In this document: positions 7,631-16,208 of the stretch, piece after piece
How the letters are laid out: every line of letters begins with the position of its first letter
Numbering within the stretch: position 1 is the first letter of the stretch
DNA from: an uncultured virus (IMG/VR IMGVR_UViG_3300030330_001568)
Lineage: Duplodnaviria > Heunggongvirae > Uroviricota > Caudoviricetes > Crassvirales
Virus record (IMG/VR): IMGVR_UViG_3300030330_001568
Length of the DNA: 20,000 nt
Direction: 5' to 3' (one strand)
Position numbers and translations under genes: made by a program
The notes under the pieces: model-generated
What the model saw: only the letters and a program-made list of their open reading frames with translations
The model's database searches: none
Told to the model about the DNA's origin: nothing

Positions 7631-7842
7631 AGTATATGATTGTATACAATCTAATTGTATTACCTACATAACCTCCAACAACAAACGGTGGTTGTTTGTG
7701 TATAGACTAGGTCTATCGTCTAGGTTTCTACCTATCATCCGACCCAATCTACAATCATACTATTATATTATATAGACTAAATTGTAAGCTAGTCTACAAT
7801 ATGTGCTTACAAATTACATCAAACTTTATAACAATTATTACA

Positions 7843-8052
7843 ATGAAATCAATATTTAAATCTATTTATTACATTTATAAACTGTGTTATCTACAAATAA
7901 TACAAGATATAAACAGTACAATACCTAATAAGTATCTATCTATTACTGTTAATGTATGGGTATGTTGTCTTATTACGTTAGCCTTAACCGGTATATCATT
8001 TGGCATATATCGTGTGTTCATAGTAGACATCTTAATCAATACACTATTATGA
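7843..8052 (+). CDS. Small membrane protein
   Basis: Likely start is MKSIF at 7843; hydrophobic VWVCCLITLALTGISFGIYRVFIV; ATGA overlap with the next gene. Confidence 0.5.
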   Translation: MKSIFKSIYYIYKLCYLQIIQDINSTIPNKYLSITVNVWVCCLITLALTGISFGIYRVFIVDILINTLL

Positions 8053-8303
8053 AAAAGCATATAACAGATATCAAGGCGTTGCCTACGGGTGTAATATGCG
8101 TTCACTTCAAGCTCAAGACGACAATAGAAATAGAAACGTTTAGATCTTGGGAGGACTTTTTGTATAAATATCCCAACTTATATGTAGAAGTATATAAACA
8201 TAATGTCTGGTGGTCAAAGGTCAAAGAATTTTTGAGCCGGGTATTTATCTTCGGAGGTTTTATCTTATTTCTAATCTGGTTCTATATGACTCATGGCATA
8301 TAA
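8049..8303 (+). CDS. Small protein with C-terminal TM helix
   Basis: Likely start is MKKHITD at 8049 (ATGA coupling); C-terminal VFIFGGFILFLIWFYM. Confidence 0.6.
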   Translation: MKKHITDIKALPTGVICVHFKLKTTIEIETFRSWEDFLYKYPNLYVEVYKHNVWWSKVKEFLSRVFIFGGFILFLIWFYMTHGI

Positions 8304-8535
8304 CGAACGAATCTGGTATCAGGCGACTGTTCAAACTGAACATGGTACACGCAAATTCCCAATGAGAGCTAGTCGCAAGCTCTCTCAACGGGACATAGAT
8401 AACTACAAGTATAACTACCAAGGGGACTTTGTGTCCAATGAGCAGATTATCTTGTGTAAAGAAATCTTAGTCGACTTAGACTTTGATGATAACGGTTCTC
8501 CTATACCAACATATGGTACAGAGGAGATTAATTAA
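8293..8535 (+). CDS. Hypothetical protein
   Basis: 80 aa ORF overlapping the upstream stop. Confidence 0.65.
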   Translation: MAYNERIWYQATVQTEHGTRKFPMRASRKLSQRDIDNYKYNYQGDFVSNEQIILCKEILVDLDFDDNGSPIPTYGTEEIN

Positions 8536-8559
8536 ATCAATTTTTTAAACCAATAAATC

Positions 8560-8790
8560 ATGTTTTATTCGCACGATGAAGCATCTATGCTTCGTAACAT
8601 AGAGACTGGACAGTTTCATGTTGCTAAAATAGAAGACGAAATATATAATAAACTACTGAAGTCATATCCAAACGAGTGGCATAATCAAATCAAAGAAGCA
8701 TTTTTGTTTCGTGATGAGCATATGATATCACAGTTACAAGATTATTTTATGAGGTCAACGGTTACTACCTCTTTCAAAGTAGCCAATTAA
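8560..8790 (+). CDS. Hypothetical protein
   Basis: 76 aa ORF with A-rich leader AAACCAATAAATC. Confidence 0.65.
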   Translation: MFYSHDEASMLRNIETGQFHVAKIEDEIYNKLLKSYPNEWHNQIKEAFLFRDEHMISQLQDYFMRSTVTTSFKVAN

Positions 8791-8808
8791 TTTTAATTAT
8801 TATTAATT

Positions 8809-9318
8809 ATGAGTATTGTTAGAATTCAATCTATCAGTGATCCGATTGCGGATCGTAACGGTAATAACTACAAAGTTATTACGTTTGAAACACCTGGGTT
8901 TAGAGAGGTCGTTGACCCTGCTACAGGTGAGTCTGTACTAGCTATGGCTGCTCCAAAGACAACTAAGAAATGTGTCTGGGAAGAGTCTTATCTAGACGGT
9001 ACTAAACACTATATGTATAATGCTAAGGAAGGTCAAGCTGTTGCAGGTACTATTTACACTGCACAAGTCGCTGATTATGATATCACTGACGACAATGGTG
9101 AGACTAGAACAGTAAATACATATACTGGTTTTGTTCCTGCTTTAGAATCTGATGCTAATTTTCAGTCTGCTGTTAATCAGATGATAAGAGACGCTGGTCA
9201 AGAATTGGCTGGTAACTCTGCAAAAGATTTCAATGTTGCCGCTGAGCACCAAGAAATCGAGGAAGCAGCTAAGGTTTCTGTAGAGGAGCAAGTTAATGAA
9301 GATTCGTTCGCTGAATAA
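8809..9318 (+). CDS. Hypothetical protein, possible OB-fold ssDNA-binding protein
   Basis: Beta-rich N-terminus (DRNGNNYKVITF), acidic tail ending EDSFAE, codon usage typical of highly expressed genes. Confidence 0.55.
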   Translation: MSIVRIQSISDPIADRNGNNYKVITFETPGFREVVDPATGESVLAMAAPKTTKKCVWEESYLDGTKHYMYNAKEGQAVAGTIYTAQVADYDITDDNGETRTVNTYTGFVPALESDANFQSAVNQMIRDAGQELAGNSAKDFNVAAEHQEIEEAAKVSVEEQVNEDSFAE

Positions 9319-9339
9319 TATTAGTTTGGTGTGCGAGAG

Positions 9340-9398
9340 ATAGAGTGTAAGGCACTGGTCTTTAAGTAAGATTTATTCCGGTGCCTTCCTCTATTTTA
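9340..9398 (+). terminator. Long hairpin/terminator
   Basis: ATAGAG..AAGGCACTGG / CCGGTGCCTT.CTCTAT followed by TTTA. Confidence 0.55.
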
Positions 9399-9419
9399 TA
9401 ACCATATAAATTTTTTGAC

Positions 9420-10307
9420 ATGCAAAGAAAAAGAAAAATAGGTACTCTACAAGTTACAGATACTAACGACATAAAGTATAGACAAGGTCGTAGTAAAAGA
9501 AAACTTAGAGAACAATATAAGTTTACATTTGTATCTATAGTTGGATTAATAATAACATTCTTACTTATAGCTGTTGCAACTCAGTGTTCATACGCTCAAC
9601 AATACAACTATGAGAATAAGTATACAACAATATTAGATGAGTTTGATACTCCACAGGATTACAAACGAAAGAACTATGATGAGTATTCATTATGGTTATA
9701 CAATCTACCTATACATACAGGTTATGCTAGATATCACAATGGTGGTATTGTAAAAGGCAAAGGCAGAACATATGCTGCAACATTTACTTACGAGATAGGT
9801 AACAAAGACTTACATCAATGTGCTGACGCAGCATTTTGGTTAAGAGCATATTATTTATGGGAGTCTAACAGAGAATCAGAGATAGGATTTCATTATACAG
9901 ATGGAACTTATGTCAGTTACTGGGGTTGGCTTCGAGATAATAATATAACTATATCTGATTACAATACATTCTTCAGATATATGGAACATATGTGGATATA
10001 TGCTGGCACATGGTCATTGGAAAATTTGGAAACAGATACTATTCCAATAACTGATATGCAACCGGGTGACGTATTTGTTCAAGGAGGTTTTCCTGGGCAT
10101 GCAGTTACCGTAGTAGATGTAGCTATACATAATGAGACAGGACATAAAGTATTTATGTTAGCTCAATCGTATATGCCTGCACAAGAACAGCATATACTTA
10201 TTGATCCTCAAGACGGTGATGTATGGTTTGATATGAAAGAAGAAGGACCAATATATACATACACATGGACGTTTAATTCACAAAATTTAAGACGATTCAA
10301 ATGGTAG
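9420..10307 (+). CDS. DUF4846-like exported protein, putative NlpC/P60-like Cys-His hydrolase
   Basis: DLHQCADA..LRAYYLW, MQPGDVFVQGGFPGHAVTVVDVA and FMLAQSYMPAQEQHIL match the Bacteroidota DUF4846 family as recalled; N-terminal TM/signal segment. Confidence 0.8.
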   Translation: MQRKRKIGTLQVTDTNDIKYRQGRSKRKLREQYKFTFVSIVGLIITFLLIAVATQCSYAQQYNYENKYTTILDEFDTPQDYKRKNYDEYSLWLYNLPIHTGYARYHNGGIVKGKGRTYAATFTYEIGNKDLHQCADAAFWLRAYYLWESNRESEIGFHYTDGTYVSYWGWLRDNNITISDYNTFFRYMEHMWIYAGTWSLENLETDTIPITDMQPGDVFVQGGFPGHAVTVVDVAIHNETGHKVFMLAQSYMPAQEQHILIDPQDGDVWFDMKEEGPIYTYTWTFNSQNLRRFKW

Positions 10308-10444
10308 ATAATAGTAAATACCATCTAGACAGAATAGAGGCGATGGAAACAGAAATCACTCGCCTCAACTCTGTTATAGATGAAAAGAATAAAGAGATAA
10401 ATAAGTTAAATAAAAAAGTAAAGAATTATGAGAAGGATAAGTAA
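10301..10444 (+). CDS. 47-aa coiled-coil protein (not in ORF track)
   Basis: Hand-translated MVDNSKYHLDRIEAMETEITRLNSVIDEKNKEINKLNKKVKNYEKDK*; overlaps the upstream stop. Confidence 0.65.
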   Translation: MVDNSKYHLDRIEAMETEITRLNSVIDEKNKEINKLNKKVKNYEKDK

Positions 10445-10586
10445 ATTAACGTTAATAGCTACGTTATTAACAGGGCTCTTCCTAGTGTCATCCTGTGCTT
10501 CACAGAGAATGTGTAAATCTAAGAAGAAGTATTATAAATCACAGAAGTGTTGGAATGCTAAAAAGCAAAAGTTCACACGCTGTTAA
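10428..10586 (+). CDS. 52-aa lipoprotein (not in ORF track)
   Basis: MRRISKLTLIATLLTGLFLVSS-CASQRMCKSKKKYYKSQKCWNAKKQKFTRC*: basic n-region, hydrophobic h-region, lipobox VSSC. Confidence 0.75.
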   Translation: MRRISKLTLIATLLTGLFLVSSCASQRMCKSKKKYYKSQKCWNAKKQKFTRC

Positions 10587-10614
10587 GTTTCACTAAAACT
10601 AAATTAAATAAATT

Positions 10615-11265
10615 ATGGGTTTTGATATATATGGATTGAATCCTCACAATCCTAAAAAGCTTGTTAAACCAACAATTGATTGGTCTAAGCAGCATACTGA
10701 GGAAGAAAAAGATATCTATTTTAAGTCAATAGATTATTATGAATCACAAGTTCCTGGTCATTATTTCAGAAACAATGTGTGGTGGTGGAGACCCTTATGG
10801 GACTACATTTATACTTATACTAATTGTCTAAGTGAAAAAGACTGGAAGTCTGGACATCATAACAGTGCTTATCAAATAGATGGAGAAACCTCTATAAGAA
10901 TAGCTACTAAGTTACATGAACTAATAGACTCTAAGCATGCTAAAGAACATGAAGAAATGTTAGATGTTAAAGCTAAAGCAGCTAAGAAACATAATAAGGA
11001 GATAGAAGACAAATGTGAGATTATAAAACAGATAGTTATAGAAAAGAATCAACAAAAGTATATTAAACTTGGTTATTCTGGTCAAGAACTAGAGGATAAA
11101 AGAGAGGAGTTTATAGCTCCTATGGATTATCCTAAAAAAGAGAAAGAAATGTGGGATAAACTGCAAGCAGAGAAAGACTGGTCAGATTCTTATCCTTTTT
11201 CTGTTGAAAATGTCAGAGAATTTGCTAACTTCTGCTATCAATCTGGAGGATTTGAGATATGTTAG
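10615..11265 (+). CDS. Conserved phage protein of unknown function (YFRNNVWWWRPLW family)
   Basis: MGFDIYG start, YFRNNVWWWRPLWDY and C-terminal YPFSVENVREFANFC..SGGFEIC; recognisable as a recurrent phage hypothetical family. Confidence 0.75.
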   Translation: MGFDIYGLNPHNPKKLVKPTIDWSKQHTEEEKDIYFKSIDYYESQVPGHYFRNNVWWWRPLWDYIYTYTNCLSEKDWKSGHHNSAYQIDGETSIRIATKLHELIDSKHAKEHEEMLDVKAKAAKKHNKEIEDKCEIIKQIVIEKNQQKYIKLGYSGQELEDKREEFIAPMDYPKKEKEMWDKLQAEKDWSDSYPFSVENVREFANFCYQSGGFEIC

Positions 11266-11324
11266 CGTTAATAACAGGTATTGTGTATCTAATAGCATTA
11301 TACCTACTACTTAAAAATGAGTAA
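11259..11324 (+). CDS. 21-aa single-TM micropeptide (not in ORF track)
   Basis: MLALITGIVYLIALYLLLKNE*; overlaps the upstream stop and ends 3 nt before polA ATG. Confidence 0.45.
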   Translation: MLALITGIVYLIALYLLLKNE

Positions 11325-11327
11325 ATT

Positions 11328-13175
11328 ATGAATTATTTGATAACTAATAGTAAGTCACAAAGTGCTTATGAAGGGTTTGGAATAATCAATATCAACGAAG
11401 CTATATCACACCTTAAACAGTGTGATGTAGTGGCTGTTGACACTGAGACTACAGGCTTTCATTGGTATGATGATAAGTTACTGTTGTTACAAATATCTTC
11501 AGAAGAGCATAATTACATTATAGACTGCAGAAATGTAGACATTACACCTCTTGCTCCTATGTTTAGTAGTAAGAAGGTTATAAAAATATTTCACAACGCA
11601 AAGTTTGACTACAAGTTTTTGTTAGCAAACGGTATAAGATGTGAAAATATACATGATACAATGCTTGCTGATCAACTTATACACTGTGGTAAAGCAAGTA
11701 TAAAGTATTCTCTAGATCTTGTAATAGACAGACATCTAGATATTACGCTAAGCAAAGAGGCACGAGCTTCTTTTATAAATCATAAAGGTAATTTTACAAA
11801 AATACAACTTGTCTATGCTATGGATGATACACAGTATCTAATAGAACTTAGACAGAAACAGCTTGTAATGTTGTCTGATCTTGATTTATTAAATGTTCTC
11901 GAACTTGAGAACAAAGCATGTCTAGCGTTTGCTGACATGGAATACAACGGTATATATCTTGACAAAGACAAATGGAGCAAGAATACTATTGCCGTTGGTG
12001 TTGAGCTTGAGAAAACAGAACTAGAGCTCGACAAATTTATTGCACAAGAGGATCAGTTTGATAACTTTAGAATAAAAGAACTACAGACTGATATGTTTAC
12101 TCCTTCGAGTGATCTTAGACAAACAGATATTCTATGGTCCTCACCCTCACAAGTACTCAAACTATTTAAGGTAATAATACCTGAACTTGACAGTGTAAAT
12201 GCTAAACTTATCGCTACATACAAGAATACACATGCGATAATAGAAAAGTATATACATTTCAAAGAGCAGAGTAAATTATATAATGCGTATGGTCAAGACT
12301 TCTACAAGTATCTACATAAAGATGGTAAAGTACATACATCTTTTCAACAGATACTAAATACTGGTAGAGTGTCTTCAAGAAAACCAAACATGCAACAGAT
12401 TCCTAGCAGTAATACATATAGAAATGCATTTGTTCCTAAAAATAAGGACGATGTATTTGTATCTTCTGACTTTTCATCACAGGAGTTATGTATTATTGCG
12501 TACGGATCTGGTGATCCTGTATGGTTGAAAGCATTAGAACAAGGAGCGGATCTTCACTCTATATGTGCAGAACTCATATTTGATAAGAAATGGAAAGACG
12601 CTGAAGGCAATCCAGTTGAACGTAAGAGATTACGTACAGCTGTAAAGTCTATCAACTTCGGTCTAGCTTATGGTATGAGTGAGTTCAAACTTGCAGATAC
12701 ACTCAGTATACCTGTAAAAGAGGCTAAAACTATGATCAAGAAATACTTTACTGTATTTCCTGCTATTAAAAAGTTTCTTACTAATCTAGGTAACTATGGT
12801 AAAGACAATGGTCATATTAGGACTTTTGCTCCTTACAAGCGTATTCGTTGGTTTGAGGACTGGAATGGCAAGGATACTGATTTTGCAGTGCTTGGTAGCA
12901 TAGAACGTGCATCCAAGAATACCCCTATACAGGGTACAGGTGCAGACATGACTAAACTTGCTCTTTATAAGTTGCGTGATATTATTCACGATAATAAATA
13001 TCCGGTTAAATTAATTATGACAGTGCATGATCAGATAGACACAATATGTCACAAGGACTTTGCTGAGCAATGGTCTAATATTCTAAGAGAGACAATGGAA
13101 TCTGCTGCACTGACTATAATTGATAACGGATTGTTGAAATCAGATACAAACATTTCTAAACAGTGGCAAAAATGA
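11328..13175 (+). CDS. polA: DNA polymerase family A with 3'-5' exonuclease
   Basis: Exo I DTETTG, Exo II HNAKFD, Exo III YAMDD; TGRVSSRKPNMQQIP; motif A DFSSQEL; motif B RTAVKSINFGLAYG; NTPIQGTGAD; motif C VHDQ. Confidence 0.96.
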   Translation: MNYLITNSKSQSAYEGFGIININEAISHLKQCDVVAVDTETTGFHWYDDKLLLLQISSEEHNYIIDCRNVDITPLAPMFSSKKVIKIFHNAKFDYKFLLANGIRCENIHDTMLADQLIHCGKASIKYSLDLVIDRHLDITLSKEARASFINHKGNFTKIQLVYAMDDTQYLIELRQKQLVMLSDLDLLNVLELENKACLAFADMEYNGIYLDKDKWSKNTIAVGVELEKTELELDKFIAQEDQFDNFRIKELQTDMFTPSSDLRQTDILWSSPSQVLKLFKVIIPELDSVNAKLIATYKNTHAIIEKYIHFKEQSKLYNAYGQDFYKYLHKDGKVHTSFQQILNTGRVSSRKPNMQQIPSSNTYRNAFVPKNKDDVFVSSDFSSQELCIIAYGSGDPVWLKALEQGADLHSICAELIFDKKWKDAEGNPVERKRLRTAVKSINFGLAYGMSEFKLADTLSIPVKEAKTMIKKYFTVFPAIKKFLTNLGNYGKDNGHIRTFAPYKRIRWFEDWNGKDTDFAVLGSIERASKNTPIQGTGADMTKLALYKLRDIIHDNKYPVKLIMTVHDQIDTICHKDFAEQWSNILRETMESAALTIIDNGLLKSDTNISKQWQK

Positions 13176-13417
13176 GAATAGATTTTACAGTTTTTAAGAA
13201 AATAGAACAATGGTACGGTTCAGATGACTTTGAGATAGGTGTACACAGTGATAGAGCTCTGTATGTACGGTTTGGTTATTGGGATAAGGTAGATTTAGAT
13301 GCTTTTAATTCTTTCTTTCCTGACTATATAGCTACAGCTGAATATTTAGTAGATGAAGATGAAGATACAGGAGCTGCATATGTATATTTAATACATAGAC
13401 CTGAACCAATAGTTTAA
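13172..13417 (+). CDS. Acidic hypothetical protein
   Basis: Likely start is ATG at 13172 (ATGA overlap with polA stop); 81 aa. Confidence 0.65.
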   Translation: MRIDFTVFKKIEQWYGSDDFEIGVHSDRALYVRFGYWDKVDLDAFNSFFPDYIATAEYLVDEDEDTGAAYVYLIHRPEPIV

Positions 13418-13460
13418 TTTGATATGACACTAAAATTTCGTATCTTAAATAAGTATATAG

Positions 13461-14699
13461 ATGAAAATAGATAAAACAAGATTAATAAGACAACAGAAAA
13501 CAATAGATATATGGAAAGCTAATGGTTATAAGGGTACGTTAGAGGCTGTAACAGGCTTCGGTAAAACATATGTAGCCTGTCTTATCATACAACAAATGAA
13601 TAAGAAGCAACCAGAGGCAAGTACAACAGTGATAGTGCCTACAAGATACCTAAGAGATCAGTGGGTCAATAGGATTAATGAAATGGAGCTCTGTAACGTT
13701 ACTATTATGGTAGTAAACACCGGTGTAAAAGCCACTAGAACAGCAGATCTATTGATTCTGGATGAAATACATAACTACGCATCTGATGTGTTTAGAAATG
13801 TATTTACAAAGATCTTCTACAAATATATTCTTGGTCTTACAGCTACGCTAGAGCGTAATGATAAGAAACATTATATAATAGAACAGCAATGTCCTGTTAT
13901 AGATACTGTTTCTATGCAAGAAGCTCTATCTATGGGCTATGTATCAGACTTTAAGATATTTAATTTAGGTATTGAACTTGATGATAAAGAGAGATTCAAG
14001 TATGAAACTATGCACGATAGCTTTAATAAGTATTTTAAGTGGTTTGACTTTAACTTTCAGACTGCTATGAAATGCTTACAAAGCCAAGAATTCAGAGAGC
14101 ACTACGCTGCTAGAACAGGATATGATCCTAAAGGTATAATGAGTGCTGCAGTCAATTGGTCTAAGAACATGCGTTTAAGGAAGACTTTCCTATATAACCA
14201 TCCTTCTAAGATACAGATTGCTAAAGAATTGATTGATACATTTGATGTAAAGACAATAACTTTCTCTGAGACTGTCAAGTTTGCTGATGAGCTAACTAAA
14301 GCATGCTATCCATGGGCGATATCATATCACTCTAAAATGGGTAAGTATGCTAAGATAAAAGCTATAGAACAGTTCAACGATGACAGATCAGATATCAAGG
14401 TTATATCTACAGCAAGAGCTCTAGATGAGGGCTTTGATATACAAGATGTTACTCTTGCAATTATATGCAGCGGTACATCTACTTCTAGACAAGATCTTCA
14501 ACGTACGGGTAGAGCAATACGATGGGCTCCTGGTAAGACAGGACTTATTGTAAATTTGTATATTCGTGACTCGCAAGACGAGAAATGGTTGAAGGCTAGA
14601 CAGAAGAAAACAGTCAATACTATAAACGTAAGTTGCATAGATGATATGAAACATCATCTAGGACAAGCGTCACTTAATTATTTAAACGTAGAAGAATGA
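13461..14699 (+). CDS. Superfamily 2 helicase (UvsW/XPB-like)
   Basis: AVTGFGKT, VIVPT, LDEIH, GLTAT, LDEGFDI, QRTGRAIR. Confidence 0.93.
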   Translation: MKIDKTRLIRQQKTIDIWKANGYKGTLEAVTGFGKTYVACLIIQQMNKKQPEASTTVIVPTRYLRDQWVNRINEMELCNVTIMVVNTGVKATRTADLLILDEIHNYASDVFRNVFTKIFYKYILGLTATLERNDKKHYIIEQQCPVIDTVSMQEALSMGYVSDFKIFNLGIELDDKERFKYETMHDSFNKYFKWFDFNFQTAMKCLQSQEFREHYAARTGYDPKGIMSAAVNWSKNMRLRKTFLYNHPSKIQIAKELIDTFDVKTITFSETVKFADELTKACYPWAISYHSKMGKYAKIKAIEQFNDDRSDIKVISTARALDEGFDIQDVTLAIICSGTSTSRQDLQRTGRAIRWAPGKTGLIVNLYIRDSQDEKWLKARQKKTVNTINVSCIDDMKHHLGQASLNYLNVEE

Positions 14700-15262
14700 T
14701 TTTAGAAACACCCGCACAATACGTGGACTTTCTGACTAAACACGGGTTAAGTCCATCACAGTTTTTGTTTTTGTACATAGTATATGAGAATGATTATGCA
14801 TCCTTATATAAGTATGTACATATGGAGGGTGGATTCTCTACATCTGAGTTACAGGATATGGTAGAAAGGGGTTATCTTATTGATGATAATCCCAATTCTA
14901 AATCATCTCTTGCTGATAACTATACAGTTACAGATAAGTTTATAAAAGATCTTTACAATACAGACGCAAGTGCTGCATATGAAGAGTTCTTTGAAGCATA
15001 TCCTGTACATATATATGTAGACAGTAAGAGATTACCCGGTCGTAATGCTACGATGCGCACACGTAATTATTATAAGAAAAAGATTGCTACAAGAAGAGCT
15101 CTGCATATGAAAGTCATGAAGTGTCTAGATTATGCAAAAGATAATCATCTGATTACTATGGGCATGGAGAAGTGGATAGAAACAGAGCAATGGAAAACTA
15201 TTTTAGAACTTATGAAAACAGATACAGATGGATTCGAATCTCCAAACGAAAAGATTTACTAG
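14696..15262 (+). CDS. Putative replication initiator / helicase loader
   Basis: N-terminal wHTH-like region (LSPSQFLFL...LVERGYL-like) plus the EEFFEAYP motif seen in phage replisome organisers; immediately upstream of DnaB. Confidence 0.55.
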   Translation: MILETPAQYVDFLTKHGLSPSQFLFLYIVYENDYASLYKYVHMEGGFSTSELQDMVERGYLIDDNPNSKSSLADNYTVTDKFIKDLYNTDASAAYEEFFEAYPVHIYVDSKRLPGRNATMRTRNYYKKKIATRRALHMKVMKCLDYAKDNHLITMGMEKWIETEQWKTILELMKTDTDGFESPNEKIY

Positions 15263-16190
15263 TCTTCAGATAAAGACAGCAGATCAGGCTATAAAGGAAG
15301 CCGATAAATTCCTAGAGGAGGGAGCTCTAAACAAGAGACCCTTTCTTGCTACACGGTGGCAGAAAGTAAATACTATGCTACTTGGTGGTTTTCATTTTGG
15401 ACAAACATATTTTCTTGCTGGAGCATCAGGTCATGGTAAGTCTTTCTTTGTCAACATGTTGCACACAGACTTTACATCGTATTATTTAGGTAATCAAGAC
15501 ATAAAAGTATTACACTTTAGTTTTGAAATGCACGCCAAAGATGAAATGATTAGAAAGATATCACAACTAAATGATGTTGACTATAGAAAACTAGTATCAT
15601 CTGACAAGCCTCTAAGCATGGAAGAGCTTGATCTTATTAGAGAAACATACTCTAGGATGAAGAATAATAATGTCTATTATGTTGAGACCCCCTCTACTAG
15701 GGATAGAATATATGCTACTATTAATGACTTCTGTAATGAATTCAAAGATAGTAAAGTAGTTGTATCTCTAGATCACACCTTACTAGTTACACCAACTGCA
15801 GGAGAGAATGAAATACAATCTCTTGCAGAACTAGGCAAGATGTTTATACAAGTACGAAAAGAATTTGGTACTTGTAATATACTGGTTGGACAGATGAATG
15901 ACAAGATGGAATCAAAAGAACGTAGGGATCCTACGAATCCATCTTTGCATTATCCTACAAAAACAGATATACACGGTAGCAAACAGATCTATCATTCAGC
16001 TGATGTAGTTATGGTACTGCATCAACCGGCACTTCTTAACTTAGAATACTATGGTAAGAAGAGATTTCCTACGACAGATCTTGTAGCTCTGCATTGTCTA
16101 AAGAATAGAACAGGCACAGCAGGACTGACAAGATTGCGTAATAATCTACAGCACGGTAGATTTGACACCTACGAAGAGAAACTTTTTTAA
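15228..16190 (+). CDS. dnaB: DnaB-like replicative helicase (RecA-like domain only)
   Basis: LAGASGHGKS, FSFEM, SLDHTLL, VGQMN, GSKQIYHSADVV, LKNRTG. Confidence 0.9.
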   Translation: MDSNLQTKRFTSLQIKTADQAIKEADKFLEEGALNKRPFLATRWQKVNTMLLGGFHFGQTYFLAGASGHGKSFFVNMLHTDFTSYYLGNQDIKVLHFSFEMHAKDEMIRKISQLNDVDYRKLVSSDKPLSMEELDLIRETYSRMKNNNVYYVETPSTRDRIYATINDFCNEFKDSKVVVSLDHTLLVTPTAGENEIQSLAELGKMFIQVRKEFGTCNILVGQMNDKMESKERRDPTNPSLHYPTKTDIHGSKQIYHSADVVMVLHQPALLNLEYYGKKRFPTTDLVALHCLKNRTGTAGLTRLRNNLQHGRFDTYEEKLF

Positions 16191-16208
16191 ATTAAAATAA
16201 AATAAAAA

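Noticed and set aside
6950..7800. CRISPR mini-array or tRNA genes in the non-coding region
   Set aside because: No regularly spaced direct repeats and no cloverleaf with a TTCRA T-loop found.
10301..10586. Spanin pair (coiled coil plus overlapping lipoprotein)
   Set aside because: The coiled-coil ORF has no TM anchor, the lipoprotein is not Pro-rich, and the locus is in the early arm; not fully excluded.
2432..13175. Inteins or group I introns in TerL or PolA
   Set aside because: Both ORFs are uninterrupted and of normal size, with no intein splice or homing endonuclease motifs seen.
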